A stretch of DNA of 64,000 nucleotides from Candidatus Bathyarchaeota archaeon (GTDB lineage: Archaea; Thermoproteota; Bathyarchaeia; Hecatellales; Hecatellaceae): contig JBQPWD010000003.1 of NCBI GenBank assembly GCA_052246995.1, positions 1 through 64,000 on the forward strand. The letters are read 5' to 3'. Under the pieces are notes generated by a model. That model was not told where the DNA came from. It made no database searches and worked only from the letters and a program-made list of their open reading frames with translations. A program made the translations under genes and the position numbers. Every line of letters begins with the position of its first letter. The stretch's first letter is position 1. Below are positions 10,120-20,373 of this stretch, piece by piece.

Positions 10120-10144
10120 TTCTACTCCATTCAATGGAGTAGAA
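10120..10144. repeat. Perfect 12-bp inverted repeat upstream of reverse gyrase
   Basis: TTCTACTCCATT-C-AATGGAGTAGAA. Confidence 0.8.
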
Positions 10145-10215
10145 CCTTTTTAAACAACCTTGTCACCTTTTTTATGCTAAAAACCAAAAATCCCTCTATA
10201 CAGTTGGAGTTTTAG

Positions 10216-13200
10216 GTGTATAGGTTGGCTCAACTGTTGTATGTGCGTTCATGTCCTCTCTGCGGCGGGGATGTTTCATCAGAAAGGCTTCTTGCAGGAT
10301 TACCTTGTGAAAAACATGGAGATACACGTATTCAGCTTTACGATGTAGAATGGATTTTTAAACCTTTCCACGTTAAACCTTGGAGTGCTCAAAGGCTTTG
10401 GGCTAGACGTTTTCTTAAGGAGGAAAGCTTTATTTTAACGGCTCCTACTGGTAGCGGTAAAACATTAGCTGGTATGGCTTTTGCTTTAGCCTCAGCCTTA
10501 AATGGAAAAAAATCTTTGATAATAGTTCCAACAGCAACCTTAGCTTACCAGGTTGAGTCAAGGTTGCGTGAGGTTGTTAAGGAGAGTTGTAGCCACGTTA
10601 AAATTGTTGGTTTGCATTCTCTTACAAAAAAGCCTGAAAAAAGTAGTGTTAAGGAATCCCAAATAATCATCTCAACCTCAATGTCTCTTATAAGGAATAG
10701 TGACATGGTTAAGGATGTTAAAGTAAACCTTGTCTTTGTTGATGATGTTGATGGTTTTCTAAGGAAAAGTAAGGCTATTGATACCGTTCTAGAGATGCTT
10801 GGTGTTACTGGAGAAATTTTAGGGGAAGCTGAAAAACTTTTAAGCCTTAAAAAGGTTGAAATGGAGCGGGATGAATTTTCCCATCAAATTTCAAAGTTAA
10901 GAGAATGGTTTAAAGGAAAACAAGTTATCATTTCAGGAGCAACCCAAACAGCAAAAAGAACTAAAAGGGTTCGCCTTTTAAACCTTCTTTTAGGTTTTGA
11001 TGTTAGTACTAAAGTTCTTGGTGTTAGAAACATTCTTGATGTTTATGTTATGGCTGAAGGAAATCTTTATACTCAGATTATAAACCTTGTTAAACTGCTT
11101 GGTCATGGGGGGCTTATATACATTCATGGTGTGGAAAATGCTGTAAGCTTGGCTGAAGCTTTAAGTAAAGCTGGAATTAAGGCTGAAGCTTACATTAAAG
11201 CCTCAAAAAAACTTTTTAACATGTTTATGGTTTCAGAACTTCATATTCTTGTTGGAACAGCAACTTCAAGAAGTTCGCTTGTTAGAGGTGTTGACCTTCC
11301 TGAAGCTGCACGTTACGCAATATTTGTTGGTGTTCCTAGGTATACTGTAAAGCTGACTTGGGACGAAATAACCCCTATGCGTGCACTTGTAGCAATAACA
11401 CATGTTCTTAAGTTTGCTAAAGAGACTGAAGAAAAAATTAGAGGCGGTAAACTTATAGATAATTTACGTAAAATTTCAAATCTTACAACGTTTGACATTG
11501 AAAAAATAAGAAAAGGTGAAGTTGCAGGTAACCGCTTCCTTGAGTATGCTAAGGGTGTTTTGGAGGAAAGTTTAAGTTTTTTAAAGGAGGTGGTTAAAAA
11601 ACCAGAAGTTTACGAGGGTTCAAGCTTAACTGAGGATGGACTTGTTTTTCCTGATGCTATTACCTATGTTCAAGCTTCAGGCAGAACTAGTAGGCTTACA
11701 GCTGGAGGTATGACTCAAGGTTTATCTATCCTAATAGTAGACGATGTAAAGGCTTTCAAGCTTTTAAAGGAAAACCTTGAAGCTCTTGATATAAACTTTA
11801 AACCTCTTTCTGAGGTAAGGTTAGAAAGCGTATTAGAAGAAATTGACAAAACTAGAAAACTTAAGGTCGGTGTTGATGTTGAAGCTAAAGCTAAATCACG
11901 CCTTGTTGTCGTTGAATCTCCAACTAAAGCTAGAACCATTACAAGCTTTTTCGGTAAACCTGTTAGAAGGATTGTTAACAATGTTCCAACATTTGAAGTT
12001 ATATCTCCTTTAGGATTGATGGTGATAATGCCCACTAAGGGACACTTTTACGACCTTGATATTGATAGAGAAAATTTTGGAGCTAAACTTTACAATGGAA
12101 ACTTCCTTGTTTACTTTAAACCTACAAGACTTGAGGTTGTGGAAGCTTTACGTAAACTTGCTCAGGATGTTGATGAAGTTTTTGTTGCAACAGACCCTGA
12201 TGCTGAAGGTGAAAAAATTGCTTGGGATGTAAAAGCTTTAGCCTCCCCGTTTAATCTAAACATTAAAAGAATTAGATATCATGAAGTTACAAAAAGAGCA
12301 ATAAATGAAGCTTTAACAAATCCTGAAAATTTTGACGAGAATCTTCTTCACGCTCAACTTTTAAGAAGGGTTGAAGATGCATGGATAGGTTTACCCTTGT
12401 CAATGATTATCCAAAAAAGTTTTGGTTATAGAAGACTTAGCGCAGGACGTGTTCAAACACCTGTTCTTGGATGGGTTGTTGAAAGAACAGAGTTAAATGC
12501 CAAAGAGAAGGTTGAGCTTATAAGCTTAACACTTGAAAACGGTTTTCAACTAACATTTAAAGCTCCCAAAGGAACTTTTTCAAAAATTAAGGAGAAGGGT
12601 GTTGTTGAAGTTACTAATGCCTGGAGAGAGGTTAGAGAGGTTTTTCCTCCACCACCATACATTACAAGTACGCTTTTAATTGATGCTGGTAAGCAACTTA
12701 AAATGGGAACAGATGAATCTATGAGAATTGCTCAAGAACTTTTTGAATCTGGGCTTATAACCTACCATAGAACAGATTCCACAATGGTTAGTGGTTTTGG
12801 TATAGAATTAGCTAAAAGATATCTTTCAAAGATGAATCTTGAGGGATACTTTGAGCCTAGATCTTGGGGTGGAGGGGCTGGTGCTCATGAATGTATCAGA
12901 CCTACAAGACCTTTAAATGCTGAGGAAGTTGAGGTTATGATTAAAAGTAGGCTTTTACCATCACCAATACCTTTAGGACGTAGACATTTTTCCCTTTACA
13001 ACCTCATATTTAAAAGGTTTGTTGCAAGCCAGATGAAACCTGCAAAAATAGAATATTTAAACTTAAAGGTTAACGCTGGAGGTTTTATAATAGAAAATCT
13101 CAGTTTTCCTGTTAAAATTTTGGAGCCAGGATTTATAACGGTTATGCATTTAGAAGTTGTTAAAGTTTTTCCTGATAAAGGGATTTATAAGGTTGTTGAA

Positions 13201-13545
13201 GGTAAACGTAAGCTTATTGGTGTTGAACCGTTGTATAATGAAGCTGACCTTATAAGACTTATGAAGGAAAAAGGTATAGGACGACCAAGTACCTATGCTG
13301 TGATAATCGAAAAGTTGAAAGATAGATATTACGTTACAAAGCTAAAAGGTGGACAGCTTGTAGCTACCAAGTTAGGTAAAATGGCCTACGAATTTCTAAT
13401 TTCCCAGTATAGGGATCTTCTTTCTGAGGAAAGAACTAGAATGCTTTATGCTGATATGGATGCTGTTGAACGTGGAGAAGTTAGGCTTGTGGGTGCCATA
13501 AAAAAGCTTCATGAGGAGGTTTCATGTCTTTTAAGTCTTAGGTAA
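10216..13545 (+). CDS. rgy: Reverse gyrase
   Basis: N-terminal Zn finger (CPLC...CEKH). SF2 helicase-like motifs APTGSGKT, DDVD, YVQASGRTSR are fused to topoisomerase IA motifs VESPTKA, DPDAEGE, GRVQTP, ITYHRTDS, GIGRPSTY. Confidence 0.97.
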   Translation: MYRLAQLLYVRSCPLCGGDVSSERLLAGLPCEKHGDTRIQLYDVEWIFKPFHVKPWSAQRLWARRFLKEESFILTAPTGSGKTLAGMAFALASALNGKKSLIIVPTATLAYQVESRLREVVKESCSHVKIVGLHSLTKKPEKSSVKESQIIISTSMSLIRNSDMVKDVKVNLVFVDDVDGFLRKSKAIDTVLEMLGVTGEILGEAEKLLSLKKVEMERDEFSHQISKLREWFKGKQVIISGATQTAKRTKRVRLLNLLLGFDVSTKVLGVRNILDVYVMAEGNLYTQIINLVKLLGHGGLIYIHGVENAVSLAEALSKAGIKAEAYIKASKKLFNMFMVSELHILVGTATSRSSLVRGVDLPEAARYAIFVGVPRYTVKLTWDEITPMRALVAITHVLKFAKETEEKIRGGKLIDNLRKISNLTTFDIEKIRKGEVAGNRFLEYAKGVLEESLSFLKEVVKKPEVYEGSSLTEDGLVFPDAITYVQASGRTSRLTAGGMTQGLSILIVDDVKAFKLLKENLEALDINFKPLSEVRLESVLEEIDKTRKLKVGVDVEAKAKSRLVVVESPTKARTITSFFGKPVRRIVNNVPTFEVISPLGLMVIMPTKGHFYDLDIDRENFGAKLYNGNFLVYFKPTRLEVVEALRKLAQDVDEVFVATDPDAEGEKIAWDVKALASPFNLNIKRIRYHEVTKRAINEALTNPENFDENLLHAQLLRRVEDAWIGLPLSMIIQKSFGYRRLSAGRVQTPVLGWVVERTELNAKEKVELISLTLENGFQLTFKAPKGTFSKIKEKGVVEVTNAWREVREVFPPPPYITSTLLIDAGKQLKMGTDESMRIAQELFESGLITYHRTDSTMVSGFGIELAKRYLSKMNLEGYFEPRSWGGGAGAHECIRPTRPLNAEEVEVMIKSRLLPSPIPLGRRHFSLYNLIFKRFVASQMKPAKIEYLNLKVNAGGFIIENLSFPVKILEPGFITVMHLEVVKVFPDKGIYKVVEGKRKLIGVEPLYNEADLIRLMKEKGIGRPSTYAVIIEKLKDRYYVTKLKGGQLVATKLGKMAYEFLISQYRDLLSEERTRMLYADMDAVERGEVRLVGAIKKLHEEVSCLLSLR

Positions 13546-13707
13546 CATTAAAATTTTAAGCTTAACTTCCATGTAATGTTACATTGAGTTATGTAAAGTA
13601 CTCTTTTCTTTAACAAAAATTTTTATAGTAAGAGTTTTTAAATTGATTGGCACTTCTTTTTAGTATGTGAAATGTAAACAGTTGAACTTTATTTCTGGAG
13701 GTTAAAG

Positions 13708-15264
13708 TTGGAAGACCTAGTTGAAGCAGAACCTTCTGTTGAAAAGTTAAAAAAGTGTTTAGAAAAAGTTTTTAGCGAAGGTTATCAGCTTCAAGCTGAA
13801 GCCCTAACCCTTTTAAAATCTATCATAAAAAATGTTGATGCTGAAAAAGTTCTGGATAAAATTTTTGAGAAGATTAAAACTCAATCTCATCCAACCATAT
13901 TTATAGGTAAAGACTTAATTAGAGAATGTCTAAATGAGCTTGAAGAGGAAGAGAGAAATAGAAAAATTGTAGAAAGTGTTGAACACCTAGAAGTTAGTAA
14001 GGAGGTTTATCATCCTTATGCGAAAGATGTTGAAGCTGAAATTGAAGTTTTAAAGGATCCTTCTAAAAGCACTTCTTCAGGGGAAAGTTTAAGCGATTTT
14101 TTAGGCTACTTTAGAGATAGGTTTAAACGTCTCGCAAAAATTATTAGTGAAAGACTTGACGTTAAAGGTTTTCTTCCAATAAAGGATGCATTACAAAAGA
14201 ATGGTAAAGTTAAGGTTATTGGTTTAATTTCAGAGAAAATTGTGACATCAAGAAGAATTATTTTTAAGATTGAAGATTTGGAGGAAACAGCAACAATCAT
14301 TGTTCAACCTGAAAACTTGGATGCTTTTCAGGCTGCTACTGAACTTTTATTAGACCAGGTTGTATGTGTTTCAGGTTTTAGGGGTAATGGAGACACCATA
14401 TTTGCTGAGGAAATTTTGTTTCCAGATATACCCTACCATAAGCCAAGATACTCCTGGGAAGACGTTAATGTTGTCTTCACCTCAGATATTCATGTTGGGA
14501 ATGTAGCTTTTGAGGAGAAGCTTTTTAAAAAATTTATAGACTGGTTAAAAGGTAAGGTTTACGAAGGAAAAAGTAGAGAGGTTGCTGGGAAAGTTAAATA
14601 TGTTGTTGTTGCAGGTGATGTGGTCGATGGAATTGGACAGTATCCTCAGCAGGAAAGTGAGCTTGAGATAAAAGATGTTTATAAGCAGTATAAGGTTGCA
14701 GCTAAATTTTTTGAGGAAATTCCAGATCACATTAAAATTATAGTTATTCCTGGAAACCATGATGCTGTAAGACGAACTCTCCCCCAACCTGCAATCTTAA
14801 AAAGCTACGCTGAGCCATTATACAGTTTACCAAACATTTTAATGCTTGGAAACCCATCATACATCAAGGTTCATGGTGTAGAGTTACTTTTACATCATGG
14901 TAGGAGCCTTGAAGACGTTTTGTCAAGTTTACCGAATGTTAACCATCAAAATGTTACTAAGGCTATGAGTCATCTTTTAAAGGTTAGGCATCTTGCACCA
15001 GTTTATGGAAATAAAACCCCCATAGCTCCAGAACCCGTAGACTGGATGGTTGTTGATAGAGTTCCAGATGTTTATCAAACAGGCCACATCCATGTTTTTG
15101 ACTACTCAACCTATAGAGGTGTTTTACTTATAAACTCTGGATGCTGGCAAAGACAGACAAGTTACCAGAGAAGAATGGGTGTAACCCCAGTTTACGGGGT
15201 TATACCAATAGTAAACCTAAAAACATTAAACTTAGGTATAGTTGATTTTAAGAGTTTTAGTTAA
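13708..15264 (+). CDS. polB: DNA polymerase II (PolD) small subunit DP1, 3'-5' exonuclease
   Basis: OB fold followed by calcineurin-like motifs SDIHVG, GDVVDG, PGNHD, HGRS, RHLAP, GHIH, NSGCWQ.QT. Confidence 0.96.
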   Translation: MEDLVEAEPSVEKLKKCLEKVFSEGYQLQAEALTLLKSIIKNVDAEKVLDKIFEKIKTQSHPTIFIGKDLIRECLNELEEEERNRKIVESVEHLEVSKEVYHPYAKDVEAEIEVLKDPSKSTSSGESLSDFLGYFRDRFKRLAKIISERLDVKGFLPIKDALQKNGKVKVIGLISEKIVTSRRIIFKIEDLEETATIIVQPENLDAFQAATELLLDQVVCVSGFRGNGDTIFAEEILFPDIPYHKPRYSWEDVNVVFTSDIHVGNVAFEEKLFKKFIDWLKGKVYEGKSREVAGKVKYVVVAGDVVDGIGQYPQQESELEIKDVYKQYKVAAKFFEEIPDHIKIIVIPGNHDAVRRTLPQPAILKSYAEPLYSLPNILMLGNPSYIKVHGVELLLHHGRSLEDVLSSLPNVNHQNVTKAMSHLLKVRHLAPVYGNKTPIAPEPVDWMVVDRVPDVYQTGHIHVFDYSTYRGVLLINSGCWQRQTSYQRRMGVTPVYGVIPIVNLKTLNLGIVDFKSFS

Positions 15265-15293
15265 AATATTTATTTTTCTTTAAAGAACCATGT

Positions 15294-15680
15294 TTATGCA
15301 ACAATTAATTTAACATATTCCATCTTTCCACATACCTGAAATAGATTGGTTAATTGTTTTATCCTTTCAACGTTCCCATTCAAGATAAAAACTTCAAGAC
15401 ACTTTCCATCTTTTAAATGGCTATGAATTTGTGTGCAAATTATATCCTCAAATTCATGCTTTATTACTGTGACGGTATCCTCCACCTCTTGGTTATGAAC
15501 TAGTAGAAGTATGGAGTTTATTTCCCCAACCAATTTTTTCTTTTCTCTACTGTCTGCTATAAGCATTCTTATTCCTGCTCTAACAACCTCAGACCTACCA
15601 GAAAAACCAAACTCCCTTTGTACTTCATCCATCTCTTTAAGCAATTCTTCATTAAGGGATATGCTAATGATTTTTGTCAC
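15294..15680 (-). CDS. nikR: NikR-family metal-responsive regulator (RHH + ACT); probable GTG start at 15680 (the ORF track starts at 15734)
   Basis: IISISL...SRSEVVR RHH domain; metal ligands in HEF...HSH...CLE. Confidence 0.85.
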   Translation of the reverse strand: MTKIISISLNEELLKEMDEVQREFGFSGRSEVVRAGIRMLIADSREKKKLVGEINSILLLVHNQEVEDTVTVIKHEFEDIICTQIHSHLKDGKCLEVFILNGNVERIKQLTNLFQVCGKMEYVKLIVA

Positions 15681-15683
15681 AAC

Positions 15684-15733
15684 ATAACATGTTATTAAAA
15701 TACTTATAAATTTTATCATAAAAATTATTAACA
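15684..15733. promoter_or_regulatory. Candidate operator in the nikR/znuA divergent promoter
   Basis: 12-bp palindrome ATAACATGTTAT (15684-15695) and an imperfect wide inverted repeat TGTTATTAA...TTATTAACA. The region is AT-rich, so this may be chance. Confidence 0.35.
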
Positions 15734-15778
15734 AAATGCTTAAATATTAATAAGTTTTTTAAATGAACAGACAATAGA

Positions 15779-16654
15779 ATGAAAAAACATGCTATTACCC
15801 CCATCGTCGCCACGCTTTTTTTAGGCTTACTTCTAACCGGCATATATTTCTACTTTAGGCAGAATGCGGGAGAAGAGTCTGGTAACGTTAGCGGGGAGAA
15901 GATAGTTGTTGTGGTTACACTCCCTCCTCAAGCTGAATTTGTTGAGAAAGTTGGAGGAGATGGGGTAAAGGTAGTTGTTATGGTTCCACAAGGAGCCAAC
16001 CCACACATATATGAACCAACACCCGACCAGTTAAAGAATGTTAGTAAGGCAAAAATATACTTCAAGGTTGGCTCAGGATTAGAGTTTGAAGAAGCTTGGC
16101 TGGATAAAATTTTAGCTGTAAATCCAAGTATAAGCATTGTAGATGGCTCAAAAGGTGTAGAAATACTTGATAAAGATCCACATATTTGGGTTTCTCCTGC
16201 TAACGCAAAAAAGATGGTGGAAAATTTTTATGAAGGTCTTGTAGAGGTTGACTCGTTTCATAAGGATGAGTATAAAATGAACATGGAAAAGTACTTGAAG
16301 GAGCTTGATATGCTTGACAGCTACATTCAGAATAAGCTTGCCAGATTTACAAACAAGGTTTTCCTAGTTTATCATCCATCACTAAGTTATCTTGCAAAAG
16401 AGTACAATTTAACGCAGATTTCCATTGAATATGAGGGTAAGGAGCCATCCCCCAAGATTATCCAAAAATGTATAGAGTATGCAAAAAAATATCGCCTATC
16501 CTATGTCTACGTGGAACCCTATTTTACGACAAAATACGCAGAAACAATTGCTGGAGAAATTGGGGGTGAAGTTATTTTTCTAAACTCTCTTCCAAGAAAT
16601 TACGTTGACGGCATAAAAAGTATTGTAGACTTACTTTGCCTAGAATTTGAGTAA
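15779..16654 (+). CDS. znuA: Zn/Mn ABC transporter substrate-binding protein (cluster A-I)
   Basis: N-terminal TM anchor; NPHIYEP, DPHIW, YHPS metal-ligand motifs. Confidence 0.9.
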   Translation: MKKHAITPIVATLFLGLLLTGIYFYFRQNAGEESGNVSGEKIVVVVTLPPQAEFVEKVGGDGVKVVVMVPQGANPHIYEPTPDQLKNVSKAKIYFKVGSGLEFEEAWLDKILAVNPSISIVDGSKGVEILDKDPHIWVSPANAKKMVENFYEGLVEVDSFHKDEYKMNMEKYLKELDMLDSYIQNKLARFTNKVFLVYHPSLSYLAKEYNLTQISIEYEGKEPSPKIIQKCIEYAKKYRLSYVYVEPYFTTKYAETIAGEIGGEVIFLNSLPRNYVDGIKSIVDLLCLEFE

Positions 16655-16669
16655 GTTAGGTGGACTTGG

Positions 16670-17419
16670 ATGGATGAGATTGTTAGCCTAGAAAACGTTT
16701 CAGTACACTTTAACGGTATACCTGTACTTGAAGATGTTACTCTCTCTATAAGGCAGAATGACTTTCTTGCCATTATAGGTCCAAATGGCGGTGGAAAAAC
16801 AACTTTACTAAAGGTTATACTTGGATTAGTTAAGCCGACCAAGGGTAAAGTTAAGGTTTTCGGAGGAAACCCTGAACAAGGAAGAAAATTTATTGGTTTT
16901 CTCCCACAGTATGCTTTTCTTAACCAAAACTTTCCAATAAGCGTTTTTGAAGTAGTTCTTATGGGGAGATACCGGGGTGTGTTTCAGGGTTTTTCTGATG
17001 AAGATAAAAATGCAGTAGTTGATGCTCTAAAAATTGTTGGGATGCTTAAATTTAAAGATAGGCGGATAAGTGAACTTTCAGGTGGACAATTACAAAGAGT
17101 TTTTATAGCTAGAGCAATTGTAAGAGAACCTAAGCTTCTCCTACTTGACGAGCCTACAGCAAGCGTCGACCCGGAAATGCAAAAAACTTTTTATGAGCTT
17201 CTTCAAGAACTTAAGAAAAAAATGGCTATTGTTTTAGTTTCTCATGATATTGGTGCTGTTTCTGTTTATGCTGATAATGTTGCATGTCTTAATCGTAAAC
17301 TATTTTATCACGGAAAAAAGGAGGAGGGCTTAAAAATGTTTAAAGAAATTTACAGTTCTCCTGTGGAGTTAATATTTCATGAAACACCTTACAGAGTTTT
17401 AGGGGAGCATAAGGATTGA
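16670..17419 (+). CDS. znuC: Zn/Mn ABC transporter ATPase
   Basis: [25 protein letters not shown]. Confidence 0.9.
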   Translation: MDEIVSLENVSVHFNGIPVLEDVTLSIRQNDFLAIIGPNGGGKTTLLKVILGLVKPTKGKVKVFGGNPEQGRKFIGFLPQYAFLNQNFPISVFEVVLMGRYRGVFQGFSDEDKNAVVDALKIVGMLKFKDRRISELSGGQLQRVFIARAIVREPKLLLLDEPTASVDPEMQKTFYELLQELKKKMAIVLVSHDIGAVSVYADNVACLNRKLFYHGKKEEGLKMFKEIYSSPVELIFHETPYRVLGEHKD

Positions 17420-18216
17420 TAGAAATTTTTCAATATGAGTTTATGAGGAATGCTTTAGTAGCCACATTTCTTGTAAGTATCGCCTGCGGTATTGTTGGCA
17501 CGTACGTGGTTATAAAAAGAATTGTTTTCATCACTGGCGGAATTTCTCATTCAGCATTTGGAGGGATTGGTTTAGGCTACATGCTTGGGCTAAATCCTAT
17601 CTTAACAACTATTCCTTTTACAGTTTTTACTGCACTTAGTATTGGGATTATAAGTAGACGGTTAAAGATGGGTGAAGATATTGCAATTGGGATTTTATGG
17701 GCTGTTGGTATGGCATTGGGAGTTATATTTATCAGTTTAAGACCAGGCTACGTCTCAGACCTTTTTAGCTACCTTTTTGGAAGTATTCTTGCGGTTTCAT
17801 CTTTTGACCTAGTTGTGATGCTAGTTTTAGACGTAGTGATTGTTACATTTTTTCTCCTATTTTACAGGGAATTTTTGGCAATATCTTTTGATGAGGAATT
17901 TTCAAGGGTTGTTGGCGTTCCTGTAAGAAGCTTATATTTACTACTTTTATGCCTAGTTGCATTAAGTGTGGTTGTTTTAATAAGGGTTGCAGGTATTATT
18001 CTTGTGATTGCATTACTAACAATTCCTGCAGCAATAAGCGGACAACTGGTTTACAACATTAAAAAGTTGGTACTTCTCTCAATTTTCACTGGAATGTGTT
18101 TAACCATAACTGGTTTGTGGCTTTCCTACATGCTTAACTTGCCTTCAGGGGCAACTATTGTTTTAGTTTTAGGAGCAGCCTTTACCTTCTCATTACTTTT
18201 TAAACGTCATCACTAG
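17416..18216 (+). CDS. znuB: Zn/Mn ABC transporter permease (ABC-3)
   Basis: [28 protein letters not shown]; multiple TM helices. Confidence 0.9.
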   Translation: MIEIFQYEFMRNALVATFLVSIACGIVGTYVVIKRIVFITGGISHSAFGGIGLGYMLGLNPILTTIPFTVFTALSIGIISRRLKMGEDIAIGILWAVGMALGVIFISLRPGYVSDLFSYLFGSILAVSSFDLVVMLVLDVVIVTFFLLFYREFLAISFDEEFSRVVGVPVRSLYLLLLCLVALSVVVLIRVAGIILVIALLTIPAAISGQLVYNIKKLVLLSIFTGMCLTITGLWLSYMLNLPSGATIVLVLGAAFTFSLLFKRHH

Positions 18217-18404
18217 TTAATATTATCCTTCCAAACTTTTCATATACGACAAGTTTTACTATTCAGCTTTTTAGGCATCTCTGTTATCTTGGAAGGGTAT
18301 TTTTCATCTTTGCGGTAATGTCCTTTACCCTATTATAACCTTTTTCCTCGATGATTCAAGAATAGCTCTAAAATAATCTTCTGTTTTTTTCTATTTAACG
18401 TCAA
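18215..18404 (-). pseudogene. Decayed DtxR/MntR-family metal-dependent repressor (N-terminal HTH only)
   Basis: Joining frames across about four indels gives [61 protein letters not shown]. This matches the DtxR HTH pattern EDYL.AI...EKG..RV.DIA....P.VTEML.KL...LV.YE.Y..I.LT. Confidence 0.8.
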
Positions 18405-18460
18405 TTTAAGTTATTACTAACATAAGTAGGTAAACCTAAGTTTAAGCTTTAATAAACTTG

Positions 18461-19285
18461 TTAAAACAGCTTCTCACCGGATTTTACAATTAATGTGCCA
18501 TAAACACTATCTTTTGTTAATGCATCAAAAATTCTGCCAGGTTTTAAAGCATTAACAACATAAACCTTAACACCAGCTTTCACAGGTTTAACAACTTCTA
18601 AAAGTTTTCCAAGCATTTCTCCTGTTACATCTGAAATCTTTACTGTAGACTTTTTTTCTCCGGCTTTAACAAGTTTTTTAAGCTGTTTTAGGTCTAAAAC
18701 CCTAAACATTTCAGCTTTTTTGTCAATTTTAGGGTTTGAAGTATACACTCCGTCTACATCGCAAGCTAAAACTATCCTCTCAGCTTTAAATGTTAAAGCA
18801 ATCTTAGCTACTAATTGGTCTCCTGAAAGAATTGTGAAACCTTTATCCTTATCAATCACAACATCTCCATAAAGAACCGGGACAATTTTAAGTTTAAGCA
18901 TTCTCCTTAAAACTTCTCCTTTAAAGAATGTTACTCTACCTTTTCTTGTTAAAAGAAAAGCTGAGGGTTGAATTGAGGCTGCATTTACTCCTTCTTTAAT
19001 AAGCATATCCACAACAATTTTATTTAGAGACATCATCGCTTGATGTGTTTTAACAAAACCTTCAACTTGCCACTCTCCTTTAAACCCTACGTTAAGTTTA
19101 TATTTTTCTGCTAAAGGATGGCCGAAAGATCCTCCACCATGAACAATGACTAGCGGATACTGCTTAGCTTCAGCAATCTCTTTTACAACCCTTTTTAAAA
19201 CATTTAGTTTAACATAGCAAGGTTTAGCCTTATCAGTTATTGCTGAACCTCCAAGCTTAAGAACTTTTAAACTTTCCTTATTCAT
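18461..19285 (-). CDS. ipk: Isopentenyl phosphate kinase
   Basis: KLGGSAITDK, HGGGSFGH, SGDQL, DVDGVY, DVTGEM..K; adjacent to mvk. Confidence 0.93.
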   Translation of the reverse strand: MNKESLKVLKLGGSAITDKAKPCYVKLNVLKRVVKEIAEAKQYPLVIVHGGGSFGHPLAEKYKLNVGFKGEWQVEGFVKTHQAMMSLNKIVVDMLIKEGVNAASIQPSAFLLTRKGRVTFFKGEVLRRMLKLKIVPVLYGDVVIDKDKGFTILSGDQLVAKIALTFKAERIVLACDVDGVYTSNPKIDKKAEMFRVLDLKQLKKLVKAGEKKSTVKISDVTGEMLGKLLEVVKPVKAGVKVYVVNALKPGRIFDALTKDSVYGTLIVKSGEKLF

Positions 19286-19303
19286 TAAGCCATTAAACCC
19301 CGT

Positions 19304-20284
19304 TTAAACTAAAACCCTAACCCCCTCATTATCCATCTTAACAATGTAAACTTCTTCACTAACACTTTTTAAAGCTTCAACAACCTTTAAGGTATCTTTA
19401 TCCTCAGTTAAACATATCATACATCCTCCTCCTCCACCACCTGTAAGCTTTGCTCCAACCGCTCCAGCTTTTCTAGCAACATCAATAAGTTCTTCAAGTT
19501 TCCAGTGGGAAACACCTATACTTGAAAGCATCTCCTGATTTTTATTTAAAACTTCACCTAACAACCTTAAATTTCCACTTTCTAAAGCATTTAACCCCTC
19601 AAAAACAAGGTTTTCCATGTCTGTCAGCATTTTAACCATTAACCCTTTCTTCTTCTCCTTAAGTTTATCAACCTCCTTAACAAGAACACCCGTGCTTCTC
19701 CTAACTCCAGTATTTCCAACGATAAAGGTTAAATTTTCTTTGGGCTGAATTTGCTTTACAAGCTTTCCATCCTTAAAGAGAATAAGCCCTCCGTAGGTTA
19801 TGGTTGTATGGTCTATTCCTGAAGGTTTAAAGTGGACATATTTCTCAGCTTTAAATGCTATTTTACAAATTTCTTCTTTACTAAGTTTAAAGCCAAGATT
19901 AGCTGCAACAGCCATAATTGTTGAAACAGCTATGGAGGCAGATGAGCCTAAACCAACTCCAACAGGTATTTTTGAGTTAACTTTAACTCTAAAACCTCTT
20001 TCAACTTCTCCAAGCATGTTTAATGTAGCTTCAACAGCCAGCCTTATAGGTTCAACAATTTTTCTACTTTCTACCTCTCCAACTATCGGAAAAAATTCTC
20101 CTTTTACGTATTCTCCTGAAACACCAAGATTTTCTGAAAATATTTGAAGTTTTTTTTGTGTTAATTTTTCAACTTCAACCTTAGAGTAAAGGTTTACAGC
20201 CATGCTTAAAGCTGGTGCACCGTGAACACAAAAATGCTCACCAAGAATAATTATTTTGGCGGGTGCAATGGTAGTAGTTTTCAA
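19304..20284 (-). CDS. mvk: Mevalonate kinase
   Basis: APAKIIILGEH, PVGVGLGSSA, PSGID, KLTGGGGGG (GHMP kinase). Confidence 0.95.
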   Translation of the reverse strand: MKTTTIAPAKIIILGEHFCVHGAPALSMAVNLYSKVEVEKLTQKKLQIFSENLGVSGEYVKGEFFPIVGEVESRKIVEPIRLAVEATLNMLGEVERGFRVKVNSKIPVGVGLGSSASIAVSTIMAVAANLGFKLSKEEICKIAFKAEKYVHFKPSGIDHTTITYGGLILFKDGKLVKQIQPKENLTFIVGNTGVRRSTGVLVKEVDKLKEKKKGLMVKMLTDMENLVFEGLNALESGNLRLLGEVLNKNQEMLSSIGVSHWKLEELIDVARKAGAVGAKLTGGGGGGCMICLTEDKDTLKVVEALKSVSEEVYIVKMDNEGVRVLV

Positions 20285-20373
20285 CTTTAGTCACTTTAAA
20301 CTTTACCCCTTTATAGGGAGATGGACAAAAATAAAAAGCTATCTATTCCCAAACTACTGCAAAACCCTAAAAA

